Assembly (NCBI GenBank): GCA_002269645.1 | Contig: NIVC01002514.1 | Location: forward strand, 1 to 64,000 | DNA from: Macrostomum lignano | Taxonomy: Eukaryota | DNA length: 64,000 nt | Reading direction: 5' to 3' | In this document: piece after piece, positions 10,919-25,600 of the stretch | Layout of the letters: each line of letters opens with the position of its first letter | Position numbering within the stretch: position 1 is the stretch's first letter | Position numbers and translations under genes: made by a program | Notes under the pieces: generated by a model | What the model saw: only the letters and a program-made list of their open reading frames with translations | Told to the model about the DNA's origin: nothing | The model's database searches: none

Positions 10919-12710
10919 ATAACTGCAAAATGAATAGTACATTGTTCTTTTACACCAAAAATGGCACAATGACTTACTTTATCTTTTTTGTATTTAGGCC
11001 TAGCCTAGGCCCTAATTGTCTTTTGCAAATGGAGTAAGACTCCTATCTATAGTATAAATTTATTTTATTAATTTTATCTTTTATTATTTTGTTAAATAAA
11101 TCTATGAATTTCCTATATATTAGGCTCTACCATTTATTGCGAAAATAGGCCTATTTGTTGCTTGTAAATGACTTTGTTAGCCTATAACTTAACTAAAGTC
11201 TAAACTATGATCATTTTAGGCTCAAGTTTTGTATAATATAGGCCTAGCCCAACCATTTATTAAAAGCACCAATACCTTTAAAGTGTTATAAAATTTGGAA
11301 TTGGTAATTAAATAATATGATTTATGCTTAGGCCTATAATACCAGGCCTAATATGCCTAGACTACATTTGTAACTAGTGTAATTTTACAACAATTTTATG
11401 CTTTGATTTAACCTTATATATCATTAGAAAGATGGGCAATTATGATTGCATTAAAATATTATATTAACTTTTACACATTAGATTATTATTAATTAGTTGG
11501 CAGATTCTACCAAAATAGAAAAACTGCTAAATACTTGATTACTTGCAAAGTTGCAACACTTAATTCTACACGCAGAAATTAATATGAATGTCGCTGTCCA
11601 GTGTCCAGTCACTTGAAATGCATGGTATTAATTATCTATAGGCATAGCCTCTCTCCTCAGTCTCAGGCCTCAGTCAATTTAACTTAAAAGACGTTTTGGT
11701 TCTGGTGGAGGATGAGCTGAGTGGGTGGTGGTTAGGCCTATCTTTTATTCTTCCCACCTTCAAGTCCCTAGACCCTTACCGCAGCACAGCGAGAAGTTTC
11801 CCTGAAGACAACAGTGAAGATGGCCCAGTCAGTTCCCGCAATTCAACAGGAAGTCTAAACTCTATAGATTATAATCGACAAGACGACAACGACAAGGAAC
11901 CTGCACAGCATGCCTCTGGTAAATGCAGGATTTTGAAGAGAGAGCCGGAGACTGATTATAAGTTATAACAATACCAATGGATTAATCAGACATTAACTTG
12001 CACTATGGTTTATGGCAATTGTTTAAACTACAAAGAAGACAATTTTTAATAACATTTCAACAAATGTTATTACACTGTTTACACAATTTGTCCAATCGCA
12101 TTCAAATGAAGTCGCTGTTGACGGACATTTCGTCAAAAACCTTTTCGTCAGAGTCATTTCGTCATTTTGTAAAATGGTAGAAATGTGTAGGTGTGTGTAT
12201 GATTTCGAATTTGAATTGAAATAAATATTCACGTTCAGTAGTCTTATATGTCTTGCTAAAATAGGTCAGTTATATATATCTGTGTGGGAACTGTACATGT
12301 AATTGTTGGTTAAGTGATGTGTTTTAAGTAAAAAACGTATACTCGAATACTAAGGGGAAATCAATTGGACTACTCCAGATGAAAATTATGGTTTTTATGG
12401 GTCTTGCCTTCTATCAGTTGCTCCGTGTTCATGAATCTTTTGGCTTTGACGATATGCTGTTCAAAATTCAGAATGATGAAACTTTTAGCGTAACAGCAGC
12501 TGTCTATGGCGTGATCTAAATTTAGCTTCCATTATCCCATTAAGCCAGCATTAGTGGACGAGAGGGTTTGTAGTTTTGACGAAATCAATTGCAAAAGCTA
12601 TTCACAAGCTGTAGTAGGTACATTACTGTAAGAACTCAGCTTAAAGCACCGCGCAGACTTTATTAACTAGCAGACGTGACTCGATCGATTTAAAACTTTG
12701 TCAATCAACC

Positions 12711-13321
12711 ATGCTTGCCGTTGCGCTTTATCTGGCCCTACTAATCCAGGGTAAGAATTTATTTAGTAAGATTTATTAATAAGTACACAGTTCCTGTAAA
12801 TAATTATATACACAAATTTGCCTGGGTTTGCGGGGGCCGAGGGGAGGGGTTGATAGAGGGTAATGCGACAGTGGGCCTAATCGGTCCTCATTTCACCCCG
12901 GAGCAGGCATACAGATACGTACGCAGGCACTCACATTTGTCACATTTGCCTCAGCTCAGCGCGAGCATTCGCACACTCACTGCACATACTATTTACAGTA
13001 GCAAGCCTAGCATCGGCAGCTCCGGCCTGGCGAGAGGACATTGTCCTGATGAGACAGGCCGAAATCTACGAATACGAGGTCTCAGACGGTAGCGCACAGC
13101 AGCCGTATGAGCAGTCGCCGATTGAGCCTCCCCCACTTGACCTGGCAACAGTGGCGGCCTACACGCCCCTGACACCCGTGCCGCCAACTCTGGCAACTCC
13201 TGTGCATGTGCAGACGGCCAAGGACGACAAGACCAAATTAGCCGAATATCTGGACGAGCTGGACAAGCAGAATTGGATGACGTTGAGGGCCCCGCCAACT
13301 AGTACTACTATTAACTACTAA
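12711..13321 (+). CDS. Unrecognised small secreted protein, 120 aa, two exons
   Basis: Exon 12711-12750 (ATG...CAG G|GTAAGA) splices in phase 1 to 12999-13321 (tttacag|TA). Product MLAVALYLALLIQVASLASA-APAWREDIVL...LAEYLDELDKQNWMTLRAPPTSTTINY has a hydrophobic N-terminal signal peptide. Confidence 0.65.
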
Positions 13322-14358
13322 GGTCTTAGTTCTATTAGTAGTATATCTTACACTAAAAACTGTACAAATAATGGCCGTCTTTGTTCAACGCTATACAAGT
13401 GTCTTAAGCTTTATAAATGAGGATTTTAAACAGTTTCAGTCGCAATATATTATTATTCTGTTTCTAAAGTAAAGAAACTCACAATACTAAAATATTAACT
13501 AGGTTACTTTTTTAGCGAAATAAAAAACAATACAGACATAAATGTATGAAAACTTGTGGGTTTTATTAATTATCCATTTAGCCATTTATTCCAGTAGTAG
13601 TAGTAGCATGAGTAGTAAAAATAGCATTTCAATAATATTTGAAGATCAATAATAGTATATTAATATTTATGTCCAAAAGAAGCGCATAGATATTTTACAG
13701 TTAATAAAATATTACTGACTCAACTAACTGATGAAGAAAGCAAGTGCATATTTCGAAAATCAAAATCAATCTACTCTACCAGTACCTCTGAAACCTTGTG
13801 GGCCGATACTCTAAATAATTAAGCACCTACTACTGGCTTTATCATTTATTATTCTGGAAGATAATAGTAGCTCATTAGTCCTTAGATGGAATGCTGTACA
13901 ACTATTAAAGTTCAGGCTGTGATCATCAATAGATAATAACTGATTATTACTTACACAACTGTACAGAATTACAGACACAGCTCCGCGGCAGCTTGCACAG
14001 GGAAAGACTTTGAAATAAAAAAACTATAGATGATAACAAATAGACTGTACTATTAAATAGAAATCACTAATTACTACTGTTAGTCAATGGCATTCAGAAT
14101 AATGTCAACTGGATAATAATAATCTTAATTAATTATAGTAATAATTAAGTACTGGCAAATAACTCTCTTGATTTCTTATATTATAGAAAAATAGATGATA
14201 TTACAATTAAAGAAAATACTTTATTGCAACTTTCTAGACGAATTACGCTCGTAAAAAATTTCGACAACAAAATTCGCAACACGCCTACTTGTTGCGTCAC
14301 GAATCAGTAGTCTGCTGAGGACACGGTTTTTGAATAACCAAAAACTAGTTCAATGTTG

Positions 14359-16588
14359 TTATTTCCAATATTTAATAACGCCGTCTCGGGTGGCCGTCAG
14401 CAAATAGGGCTGTCCAGCGTGCATCAGCGCGATGTCGGTGACAGCGTCGCGGAAGCCCATTGTGCTGGCGCGCTGTTGGGCGCTCAACAGCGAGCCGGCT
14501 GGCGGCGCCGAAGAAGCGACTAATGAAGCGCCGCTAGTAGCGGCAACATTAGCGGCAGCCGAGGACGAAGTGCCGCCGGAAGCAGCGCCGGCATTGGCGG
14601 ACAGATAGGCCTCAAACAGGACATCCGTGTTCGAATTGGCCGTCAGAGCTTCGCGCGCCTCCCGACGATAGGCGACTCGACGATTGACAGAGTCGGAGAA
14701 TTTGCCGGCTACGATGCGACTGTCGGCTGGTCGGGCCCAGTCCCACAGGCGGAGGCGGCAGTCGTCGCTACCGGCGTACCAACGGTCCGGCCCGACCTGG
14801 GCGGGGCATTCAGAAGGGTTTGGTGTAAGGGCTTTAAATCCTAAATGGGATTTTGTAGGTTTTATCCCAAAATGGGATTTTTGTAGATTTAATCCCTTAG
14901 TTACCTAGTATGATGCTACAAAGGGTTTCAAGAAGATAATTTCGTGCACGCACCGGCAGCACCGCGTGGCAGCCGCGCGGAGTTGACTGGGTGACGCTGA
15001 GCACGGGAGCCACAGAGGCCCAGACGCAGCGGACCCGTTCGCAGGAGCGCAGATCCCAGTCGCCAACCTCATTGTTGCTCTGCACGCTCACCAGCAGCCG
15101 GTGCGGGTGCAGCAGCAGCTGGGAGGCCGGGCCGCCAGCTGACCAGGGCAGGACTCGAAGGCGCAGCACCCGCATGCTGGTGGGGTGCCGCAGCTGCACC
15201 AGCGGCAGCTGGAATCGGCAGTCCCAGACGTCCACAATGCCGCGCGATGTACCGGCGGCTAGCCAGGAGGTCAGCGAGTGCGCCTGGAATTAATGCAGAT
15301 ATGGGATTTAAAATTTAAAACTATGCTTTAGAATTTTACTGTGCTAATCGCCACATGGCATTTAGAGATCTAAACTTGATTTCGGGATTTTGAAATCGGA
15401 TTTTGGGGATCTAAACTTGATTTCGGGATTTTGAAATCGGATTTTGGGGATCTGAACTCGATTTAGAGATTTCGAATTGGGATTTTGGGGATCCAAGAAT
15501 AAATGAATTTTAAAGCCGCTACAAACCTCCACAGCTGTAATCAGGCCCACACTCGGGTCAACATCGTATCTGGCCACAAAGTCCTGAGTTCGAACATCCC
15601 AAGTGAGCAGGGCGCCACGTGCAGTGGCCACCAGGAAACAGTTGGCTGAGTCGGGCACCGGACTCAAGCAGGTGATGGCGCCCAGCTGCTCGGCATCGTA
15701 GCGGGTGGGGCGGGCGGCCGACCAGCGCCAACGCAGCTGCCCGGTGGAGGCGCACAGCTGGTAGGCGCCCGCCTCTGTGCAGGCCACCACGCTGTAGTCT
15801 GGCCCGGCCTGCGGGTGGGGGGGCGATTGGCTCCTGAAATTGGCCTGTCAGTCAGCTGTCAGACAGACGGACAGACAGACTAAAAGACACAGGCAGACAC
15901 GCAGGCAGACACACAGGCAGACACAGACACACAGACAGAAAGACAGACACACAGACACACAGGCAGACACACAGGCAGACACACAGACACACAGGCAGAC
16001 ACACAGACACACAGACACACAGGCAGACAAACAGGCAGACACACAGACACACAGGCAGACACACAGACACACAGACAGACACACAGACACACAGACAGAA
16101 AGACAGACACACAGACACACAGGCAGACAAACAGGCAGACACAGACACACAGGCAGACACACAGACAGAAAGACAGACACAGACACACAGGCAGACACAC
16201 AGACAGAAAGACAGACAGACACACAGGCAGACACACAGACACACAGGCAGACACACAGACACACAGACAGAAAGACAGACACACAGACACACAGGCAGAC
16301 ACACAGACACACAGGCAGACACACAGACACACAGACAGAAAGACAGACACACAGGCAGACACACGGGCAGACACACAGACAGACACACAGACACGCAGGT
16401 AGACACACAGGCAGACACAGGGAGACACACAGACACACAGGCAGACACACAGACACGCAGGCAGACACACAGACACACAGGCAGACACACAGACACACAG
16501 GCAGATACACAGGCAGACACACAGGCAGACACACAGACACACAGGCAGATACACAGGCAGACACACAGGCAGACACACAGACACACAG

Positions 16589-16636
<48 letters not shown>

Positions 16637-19600
16637 CCTCACCTGCCAGTAAGCGCCCAGCACACGGGACGGGAAGTCAGCATAGGTCAGCTTAGACTTG
16701 CCGCTCACGCACTGGTCGGGATTCTTGTGACAATCTGACAGATCCCACAATCGAACCGTGGCATCGTCAGATGCCGTAGCGAAGGCCCGGTGATCAGCGG
16801 ACACTGACAAGCTGTTAATCCGGCCTCGGTGCTCGGATATGTGATTCACCAGCACGCCCTTCGGTGTCCAGGTGTCGCAGCCGGGGAAAGCGGCACTGGC
16901 CAGCGATCCGCCCGCAGACGAGTTCGAATAGCTGACAGACGAGGCAATCGAATTCAACAGGCCGTACTCGGCCCGCCGTCTGGCCAGCAGGTTGTCCAGG
17001 TCGGTGCGGCAGGTTGCGCACCGGCCAGAGGCTGGCGGCAGGACAACACCAGAGGCGGCAGTGGTTGCTATGGAAACGGAACCCGCCGGAGCTCCGCCAC
17101 CTGCAGACGGCGACGATCCGGCAACTGCAACCGAAGACCCGGAAGCGAAGTCGCTAGCGGCAGTCGCCCCAAGAGACGCCGCCGGCGCCGCTGCACTCAT
17201 CGAGGCCAGCGATGATGCCGCAGGCTGGCCAGCCAAGACCGACGCAGCGATGACATTCGACGCCGAGACCGTCACGCCAGTGGCTGACAGAGACAGATGC
17301 CTGGGCAGCACCGACTGCTGCTCGGTCACAGTTGCCAAATCCGACAGCTTCAAGCGTTCGACGCCGATGTAATCAACCGCGGCGGACGACACCGACGGCG
17401 TTGACAATGCGGCTGCGGAGCTGGCGGTCGTCTGCTTCAGCGCCAGGTCGCGCAGCGCCAACAGGCGATCCTCCATGGATTCCTCCAGGCCGAGGTGGCC
17501 GAGTTTGGCTAGGAGGGCGGCCGCGTCCTCCTCTAGCCTGGCGTAGCACGGCTGCTGAGGGCCTGCGGGGGCGGGGCGGGGGAGGTCTTGCAGGGGTTGC
17601 TGAGTGGTTGCGGGCTTAGGGAGAGCAGCAACTGAGGATCTGGGAGGCTGGCCCAGCAACTGAGGATCTGGGAGGCTGGCCCAGCAACTGACACTCTGGG
17701 AGGCTGGCCCAGCAACTGAGGATCTGGGAGGCTGGCCCAGCAACTGAGGATCTGGGAGGCTGGCCCAGCAACTGAGGATCTGGGAGGCTGGCCCAGCAAC
17801 TGACACTCTGGGAGGCTGGCCCAGCAACTGAGGATCTGGGAGGCTGGCCCAGCAACTGAGGATCTGATGAGCTGGCCCAGCAACTGAGGATCTGGGAGGC
17901 TGGCCCAGCAACTGAGGATCTGATGAGCTGGCCCAGCAACTGAGGATCTGGGAGGCTGGCCCAGCAACTGAGGATCTGATGAGCTGGCCCAGCAACTGAG
18001 GATCTGGGAGGCTGGCCCAGCAACTGAGGATCTGGGAGGCTGGCCCAGCAACTGAGGATCTGATGAGCTGGCCCAGCAACTGAGGATCTGGGAGGCTGGC
18101 CCAGCAACTGACACTCTGGGAGGCTGGCCCAGCAACTGAGGATCTGGGAGGCTGGCCCAGCAACTGAGGATCTGATGAGCTGGCCCAGCAACTGAGGATC
18201 TGGGAGGCTGGCCCAGCAACTGAGGATCTGATGAGCTGGCCCAGCAACTGAGGATCTGATGAGCTGGCCCAGCAACTGAGGATCTGGGAGGCTGGCCCAG
18301 CAACTGAGGATCTGATGAGCTGGCCCAGCAACTGAGGATCTGGGAGGCTGGCCCAGCAACTGAGGATCTGATGAGCTGGCCCAGCAACTGAGGATCTGAT
18401 GAGCTGGCCCAGCAACTGAGGATCTGATGAGCTGGCCCAGCAACTGAGGATCTGGGAGGCTGGCCCAGCAACTGAGGATCTGATGAGCTGGCCCAGCAAC
18501 TGAGGATCTGGAAGGGCGACTCAGTCCTCACCGTCAGCGGCAGCGCCCGACTCGTCCCCGCTGCCCCCCGCCGAGTCCTGAATGTTGCCAGCCCCAGCCG
18601 TCTGACAGCGCAGCCGAACATGTCGCCGCTCCTCCAGTGCAACGAACAGCCGCTCAACCAGATGACGCGGAGTGGTTGCTAGGCAACGCCAAGCGGCTGG
18701 CGGCACCGGAGGCCCTAGGGCGCTGAGCACCAGCACTTCGTTGGCGAGGTGCCGCTGACTTCCCGCCAGCCGTTTGGCAGCGGCCGGCAAGTGGTCGGAC
18801 ACCCGCGGCGAGTTCGGACTGTCCGGCGCCACCAGACGGCAGTGGAATTCGGCGGGCCCGAGGCGACCGGCGGTGGCGCACAGCAAGCCGGAGGCTGCGT
18901 GCCGAACGAACACGTCCGGATGGCTGAGCAGCGGCAGAGATCTATTGGGGTGCGGCAGGGGGGAATTTAGTCTTAGCAGCAATTTTTCGAGGGGAATTTA
19001 GTGACTATGCTTTTGGGGGAATTTAGTGGCTATTCTTTTGGGGGAATTTAGTGGCGATTTCTTAGGGAGAATTTAGTAGCGATTCTTTTTGGGGGAATTT
19101 AGTTACAATTTTCAGGGGGAATTTAGTGGCTACTCTTTTAGGGGGAATTTAGAAGCGATTCTTTTGGGGGAATTTTGTGGCGATTCTTTTGGAAGAATTT
19201 ATTGGCGATTCTTTTTTGGGGGAAATTTATTGGCAATTATTTTTTGGGGGAAATTTATTGGCGATTCTTTTTTGGGGGAAATTTATTGGCGATTCTTTTT
19301 TGGGGGAAATTTATTGGCGATTCTTTTTTGGGGGAAATTTATTGGCGATTCTTTTGGAAGAATTTATTGGCAATTCTTTTTTGGGGGGAATTTATTGGCG
19401 ATTCTTTTTTGGGGGAAATTTATTGGCGATTCTTTTTTGGGGGGGAATTTATTGGCGATTCTTTTTTGGGGGGAATTTATTGGCGATTCTTTTTTGGGGG
19501 GGGAATTTATTGGCGATTCTTTTGGAAGAATTTATTGGCGATTCTTTTGGAAGAATTTATTGGCGATTCTTTTTTGGGGGGAATTTAGTGGCGATTCTTT

Positions 19601-22600
19601 TTTGGGGGAAATTTATTGGCGATTCTTTTGGAAGAATTTATTGGCGATTCTTTTGGAAGAATTTATTGGCGATTCTTTTTTGGGGGGAATTTAGTGGCAA
19701 TTCTTTTTTGGGGGGAATTTAGTGGCAATTCTTTTTTGGGGGGAATTTAGTGGCGATTCTTTTTGGGGGGAATTTAGTGGCAATTCTTTTTTGGGGGGAA
19801 TTTAGTGGCAATTCTTTTTTGAGGGGAATTTAGTGGCGATTCTTTTTTGAGGGGAATTTAGTGGCGATTCTTTTTGGAGGAATTTAGTGTTATTATTTTA
19901 GGGATATTTAGTGTTGATGTTTTAGGGGAATTTAGTGGAGATTATTTTAGAGAGAATTTAGTGGCAATTCTTTTGGGGGGACTTTAGTGACGATTCTTTT
20001 GGAGAGAGTTTAGTAGCTATTCTTTTAGGGGGGATTAGTGGCGATTTTTTTAGGGGGGATTAGTGGCGACTTTTTAGGGGGGGATTAGTGGCGACTTTTT
20101 AGGGGGGGATTAGTGGCGACTTTTTAGGGGGGGATTAGTGGCGACTTTTTAGGGGGGGATTAGTGGCGACTTTTTAGGGGGGATTATTGGCGACTTTTTA
20201 GGGGGGGATTAGTGGCGACTTTTTTAGGAGGGCGGATTAGTGGCGACTTTTTTAGGGGGGGGGGGATTAGTGGCGATTATTTTGGGGGGATTTAGTGGCG
20301 ATACTATGAGGGGGAATTTAGTGACGATTCTTTTGGGGGAACTTAGGCAAGGGAACTTAAGGCTTCTTTAAAGCAATTATAGTAGGGATTCTTTGAGAAT
20401 GAGGAATTACGAGCGTAAATTGCAAGTCTTCAAAATTAATAAAATTATAAAATTAAGCGTAAAAAGGAATTTAGAAGCGAATCGCTACATATAAAAACAG
20501 CTAAACGCCACATATCAATCAGCATTACTAGCCGCTACAAGCTACTCAACCAACTCACTTGGCGCAGAGAGGCGCGCCGAATCGCCTGCCAACGTCGCTG
20601 GATCTGTCAGCAACGAGGGAGCGCAGGCAGATCAGGGCGGCCACCAGCACTGCGGGATCCGGGTCTGCCAGCCCCTGTTCAAGCAGCGGCACCAGCATCT
20701 CGGCGCCGTGATCGCCAATGAAAGCCACCATGCAGTACAGCTGCTCGTAGAAGCTCCATCTCAGGTCCGGGCCCTCGTTTAGAAACGTGATCGCGTGCGA
20801 CATCACGTGATCGGAGGCTTCGCGCCGGCCGAAGAACGTGCATAGGCGGAGCGCGTCGGAGCAGAGCACGGCCTGAAGTATGCGGTTTGAGAACATTATG
20901 CACCATGCATCAGCATTCCGACTTCATAGCAACCCATTTGACACCATAGCAACTATTCAGACACCATAGCAACTATTCAGACACCATAGCAACTATTCAG
21001 ACACCATAGCAACCAATCAGACACCATAACAACCAATCAGACACCATAGCAACCAATAAGACACCCTAGCAACCAATCAGACACCATAACAACCAATCAT
21101 ACACCATAGCAACCAATCAGACACCATAGCAACTATTCAGAAACCATAGCAACCAATCAGACACCATAGCAACTAATCAGACACCATAGCAACCAACCAG
21201 ACACCCTAGCAACCAATCAGACACCATAGCAACTAATTAGACACCATAGCAACTATTCAGACACCATAGCAACCAATCAGACACCATAACAACCAATCAG
21301 ACACCATAGCAACCAATAAGACACCATAGCAACCAATCAGACACCATAACAACCAATCAGACACCATAGCAACCAATCAGACACCATAGCAACCAATCAG
21401 ACACCATAGCAACTATTCAGAAACCATAGCAACCAATCAGACACCATAGCAACCAATCAGACACCATAGCAACCAATAAGATACCCTAGCAACCAATCAG
21501 ACACCATAACAACCAATCAGACACCATAGCAACCAATCAGACACCATAGCAACCAATCAGACACCATAGCAACCAATCAGACACCATAGCAACCAATCAG
21601 ACACCATAGCAACCAATCAGACACCATAGCAACCAACCAGACACCCTAGCAACCAATCAGACACCATAGCAACTAATTAGACACCATAGCAACTAATCAG
21701 ACACCATAGCAACTGAGAGGTTTTTAATAAAACCCAGCGGACCTGTTTTACAGCGGGACAGGAATCGTGCAGCAGAGTGACAGTCAAACCAGAGACAGTC
21801 CGCCTCAACGATTGCAATTCCGCCTCGAAATTGATGGCCCTCAGATGCTGAGCCTCCTGCTGACTAAGCGCAGTAGTCGTCGCATTTTGACCCTCCATCG
21901 GTGGCAGCCAAGCGGCCATCGACTGTTCGCGGACGCTGTCCAAAAACTTCTTAGCCGTATCGGCCAGACGGCCGAGAATTTCGGCCAGCGACGAGCGCAC
22001 CTGTACTGAGACGTCCCTAGACAGGTGCTCCACTGTGGGGAAGATGTAGTCGGCAAACAGATTGACGTATTTGTAGCCGACTGTATCGATTCGGCCCACG
22101 GTGTTGGCGAGACTGAGGATCGCGCCAGACCGAACTCGGCTGCTGGAATCCGTCATCATGTCCAGCTGAGGATTTGGGATTAGGGCAGAGTTATATAGGG
22201 ATACTATAGATTCTGGAGAACAGGTTAGTGATGATGATGAAGGATAATAGAGGGATTCTGGGGAACAGCCTGGTGATGATGATGAAGGATAATAGAGGGA
22301 TTCTGTGAAACATGCTAGTGATGATTATGAATAGAGGGATTCTGTGAAACATGCTGGTGATGATGATGAAGGAACAGGCTGGTAATGAAGAGATAACTAG
22401 GGATTCTGATGAGCAGATTAATGAAGGATTAAATGAGGATTCTGGGAGAAGCTCACAATATACGGCAGTATCCGGTCGAGCACGATGTGATCAGGCAGAT
22501 GGCAGGCCAGTTTCTCCAAGCACTTCAAACCGTCCAGTTTCGATTGGGCAAAGCGAACGTGCCGAACTGACGAGGTCAACAAGTTCAAAATGATTACTAA

Positions 22601-25600
22601 TCCAACGTTCCGTTCGGACTTCTTGTCGCTATCCAATATGAGAAACTTTGCAATGTGACTCTGGGTGAATAGGGCTCTGAAAGTTGTGTCAAGAGAATAT
22701 ACACTCGTAAATGGAATATCAATGCCCACAATGTCTTTTAGGTGAGTAGATATTGATTTTAATTGTATTTCAAACTATCTAACTTCGGTTTCGACAAGGA
22801 CACTGACCGACGGGATGTTTGCCGACCTGAAGATTCACAAGCTCAAGGCTTCACAAGCCTGAATATTCACAAGTTCGAAGATTCACAAGCCCGAAGATTC
22901 GCAATCTCGAAGATTCACAAGTTCGAAGATTCACAAACTCGACGATTCACAAGCTCGAAGATTCACAAGTCTGAATATTCACAAGCCTGAAGATTCACAA
23001 GCGCAAAGCTTCACACGCCTGAATATCCACAAGCTCGAAGATTCACAACCTTGAAGCTTCACAACCTCGAAGATTCACAACCTTGAAGCTTCACAAGCTC
23101 GAAGATTCACAACCTTGAAGCTTCAAAACCTCGAAGATTCACAAGCCTGAAGATTCACAAGCGCAAAGCTTCACACGCCTGAATATCCACAAGCTCGAAG
23201 ATTCACAAATGCAAAGATTCACAAACTCGAAGATTCACAACCTCGAAGATTCATAAGCTCGTAGATTCACAACCTCGAAGATTCACAAACTCGAAAATTC
23301 ACAAACTCGAAGCTTCACAACCTCGAAGATTCACAACCTTGAAGCTTCACAAGCTCGAAGATTCACAACCTTGAAGCTTCACAACCTCGAAGATTCACAA
23401 ACTCGAAGCTACACAACCTCGAAGATTTACATGCCCGAAGACTTTTTAGCTCGAGCTTCGTTGAAATGAGTATTCCATATCTGAGCAAACAACTCAACCA
23501 AGCCCTTACTTCTTCAGTCTAGCAATCTTATCATCCGGCAGCTGTATCTCCGAGGCGAACGGGGCCAAGTAGGTCTTTAGAAAGGTGTAAAAATAGTCCG
23601 GGAACGCTTTGCCTCGCTGTTGAATGAGCAGCTCCTCGCCAGATAGGCGACTCAGCGGTTCTTTGCTCAGCATGGTGGTGATCAGGTCCTGGTTGGTTAA
23701 CCAGGTTTTTTAATTTATTTTTTTCCTCTAGAAGCTATTTGAGGGCGTCATGGTGACACTGCGATGGGTGTCATGGTGGCTTCATAAGGGGTGTCATTGG
23801 GGCATCATAAAGGGTGTCATTGGGGCATCATAAAGGGTGTCATTGGGGCATCATAAAGGGTGTCATTAGGGCATCATAAAGGGTGTCATTGGGGCATCAT
23901 AAAGGGTGTCATTGGGGCATCATAAAGGGTGTCATTGGGGCATCATAAAGGGTGTCATTAGGGCATCATAAGGGGTGTCATTGGGGCATCATAAAGGGTG
24001 TCATTGGGGCATCATAAAGGGTGCCATTGGGGCATCTTAAGGGGTGTCATTGGGGCATCATAAAGGGTGTCATTGGGGCATCATAAGGGGTGTCATTGGG
24101 GCATCATAAAGGGTACCATTGTGGTATTTTAGAGGCGCGAATTCATTAAGATCAGGCAAGTTACGAACCATAATGGTAAGAGTCAAATTCTCACCCGAAT
24201 ATTCTCATCCGCCAGTCGCAGTATCAGTTTAGCAGGCGTGTATTGATCTTTTTTAAATGCCAACAATTGAGACAGATCGAATGGCTGACTATTGGAATCT
24301 TCGCTAAACAGTTCTAATAGTACGCATCCAGCGGAGAACACATCCATGCTGTGCTCCAGTTGTCCGCGTTTCTGTTAGTTTTCAATATTAAACCAAATTT
24401 TAGATATGATGATAACTAAGTACTAACTAACCCGGGCCAATATTGCTTAACTTTCAAGGCCTGACGGCGAAATGAAGAATAAACTATGAATTTAATTAAA
24501 CTTATTAAACTTTAAAGTGAGCTGATAATGGATGTGACGTTACTATCTTTTTTAATAAAGAAACAGCCTTCAAAAACAAGGTTTCTAAGAAATGCAAATT
24601 TCATCCGCGCTTACACAATTACGACGTACGTGACATCATAATTCAAAATAAATAAAATTCTAAATCTATATTTATTACACTTTAAAAGTGAACTGAAAGC
24701 GGATGTAACTATATTTTGGTTTGTTAAAATAAAAACACAATTTTAATAAGCCTTGAAAACACCACAGTTTCTAAGAAATGCGCCTACCACATTCTGTTGT
24801 TTTTGACTGAGGCCAAAGTCTGCATCGGGCTCGACAGCAGCCGTTGAAGCGACTCCACTAGCAGAAGCAGCCGCTGCCTTACCATAAGCGGAAGATCGAT
24901 TAGCATGATAGAATCGCTCAGGGGCAATGTAGCAAGTCCTTCGACCGGAAATGTCAAAATAGAAGCTATAATCTGCCGGATTATCGTCTGGCAAAAATAC
25001 GGGTTTAAAAGGAGCGAAATCCGTCAATAGTACCCAGCCCCAACTAGTGAGCAGGACGTTTTCACTTTTAATATCGCCGTGACACAGTGACACTTTGTTT
25101 AGCGTAGCGATTGCGCACAATAGCTGGAAGGCGATCCAACGCTTCTCTACGTCCAATAGAAACGGCCGAGTGTCCATTCTATCGTACAGGCTGTACTTTA
25201 CAAACTGACGCACTAGACAGGCGTAGCGCTCCGAATAATGGCATCTGTAGTGGGGGTTGTATGATGTCTCAGAGTACATATTGTACTTCAGTGTGCTGTC
25301 TCAGAGTACTTGTTGTACTTTAGTGTGGTGTCTTAGAGTACTTATTGTACTTCAGTGTGGTGTCTTAGAGTACTTATTGTACTTTAGAGTGATGTCTCAG
25401 AGTACTTATTGTACTTCTGTGTGGTGTTTCAGAGTACTTATTGTACTTCAGTGTGGTGTCTCAGAGTACCTATTGCATTTTAATGTGGTGTCTCAGAGTA
25501 CTTATTGTACTTTAGAGTGATTCAGTGAGAGTGAGTTTATAGTTCTGATTGAAGTTGTTAATTCAGTTAAATACTCAAACCATGAGATGCAGTATACTAA

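Noticed and set aside
11696-12232. Short ORFs between GKAP1 and the secreted-protein gene
   Set aside because: No recognisable motif, splice partner or consistent frame.
13044-13075. CTGATGAGACAGGCCGAAA hammerhead-like word
   Set aside because: Stem II has one pair, there is no stem I/III partner, and it lies in a coding exon.
15848-18499. 883-aa ORF and other long repetitive ORFs (for example 135-737, 8739-9242, 15840-16652, 19089-19722, 42570-43304, 44312-44836)
   Set aside because: They are products of stop-free tandem repeats; only 16643-17631 of the 883-aa ORF is real Vps15 coding sequence.
17860-18500. CTGATGA-GCTGGCCCAGC-AAC in the 28-mer variant looks like half a hammerhead core
   Set aside because: GAAA after stem II is absent and no stem I or III can form.
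22677-22830. Alternative VPS15 acceptors near 22735-22830
   Set aside because: They give wrong phase or in-frame stops; the acceptor at 22677 gives the right phase and a length matching known Vps15.
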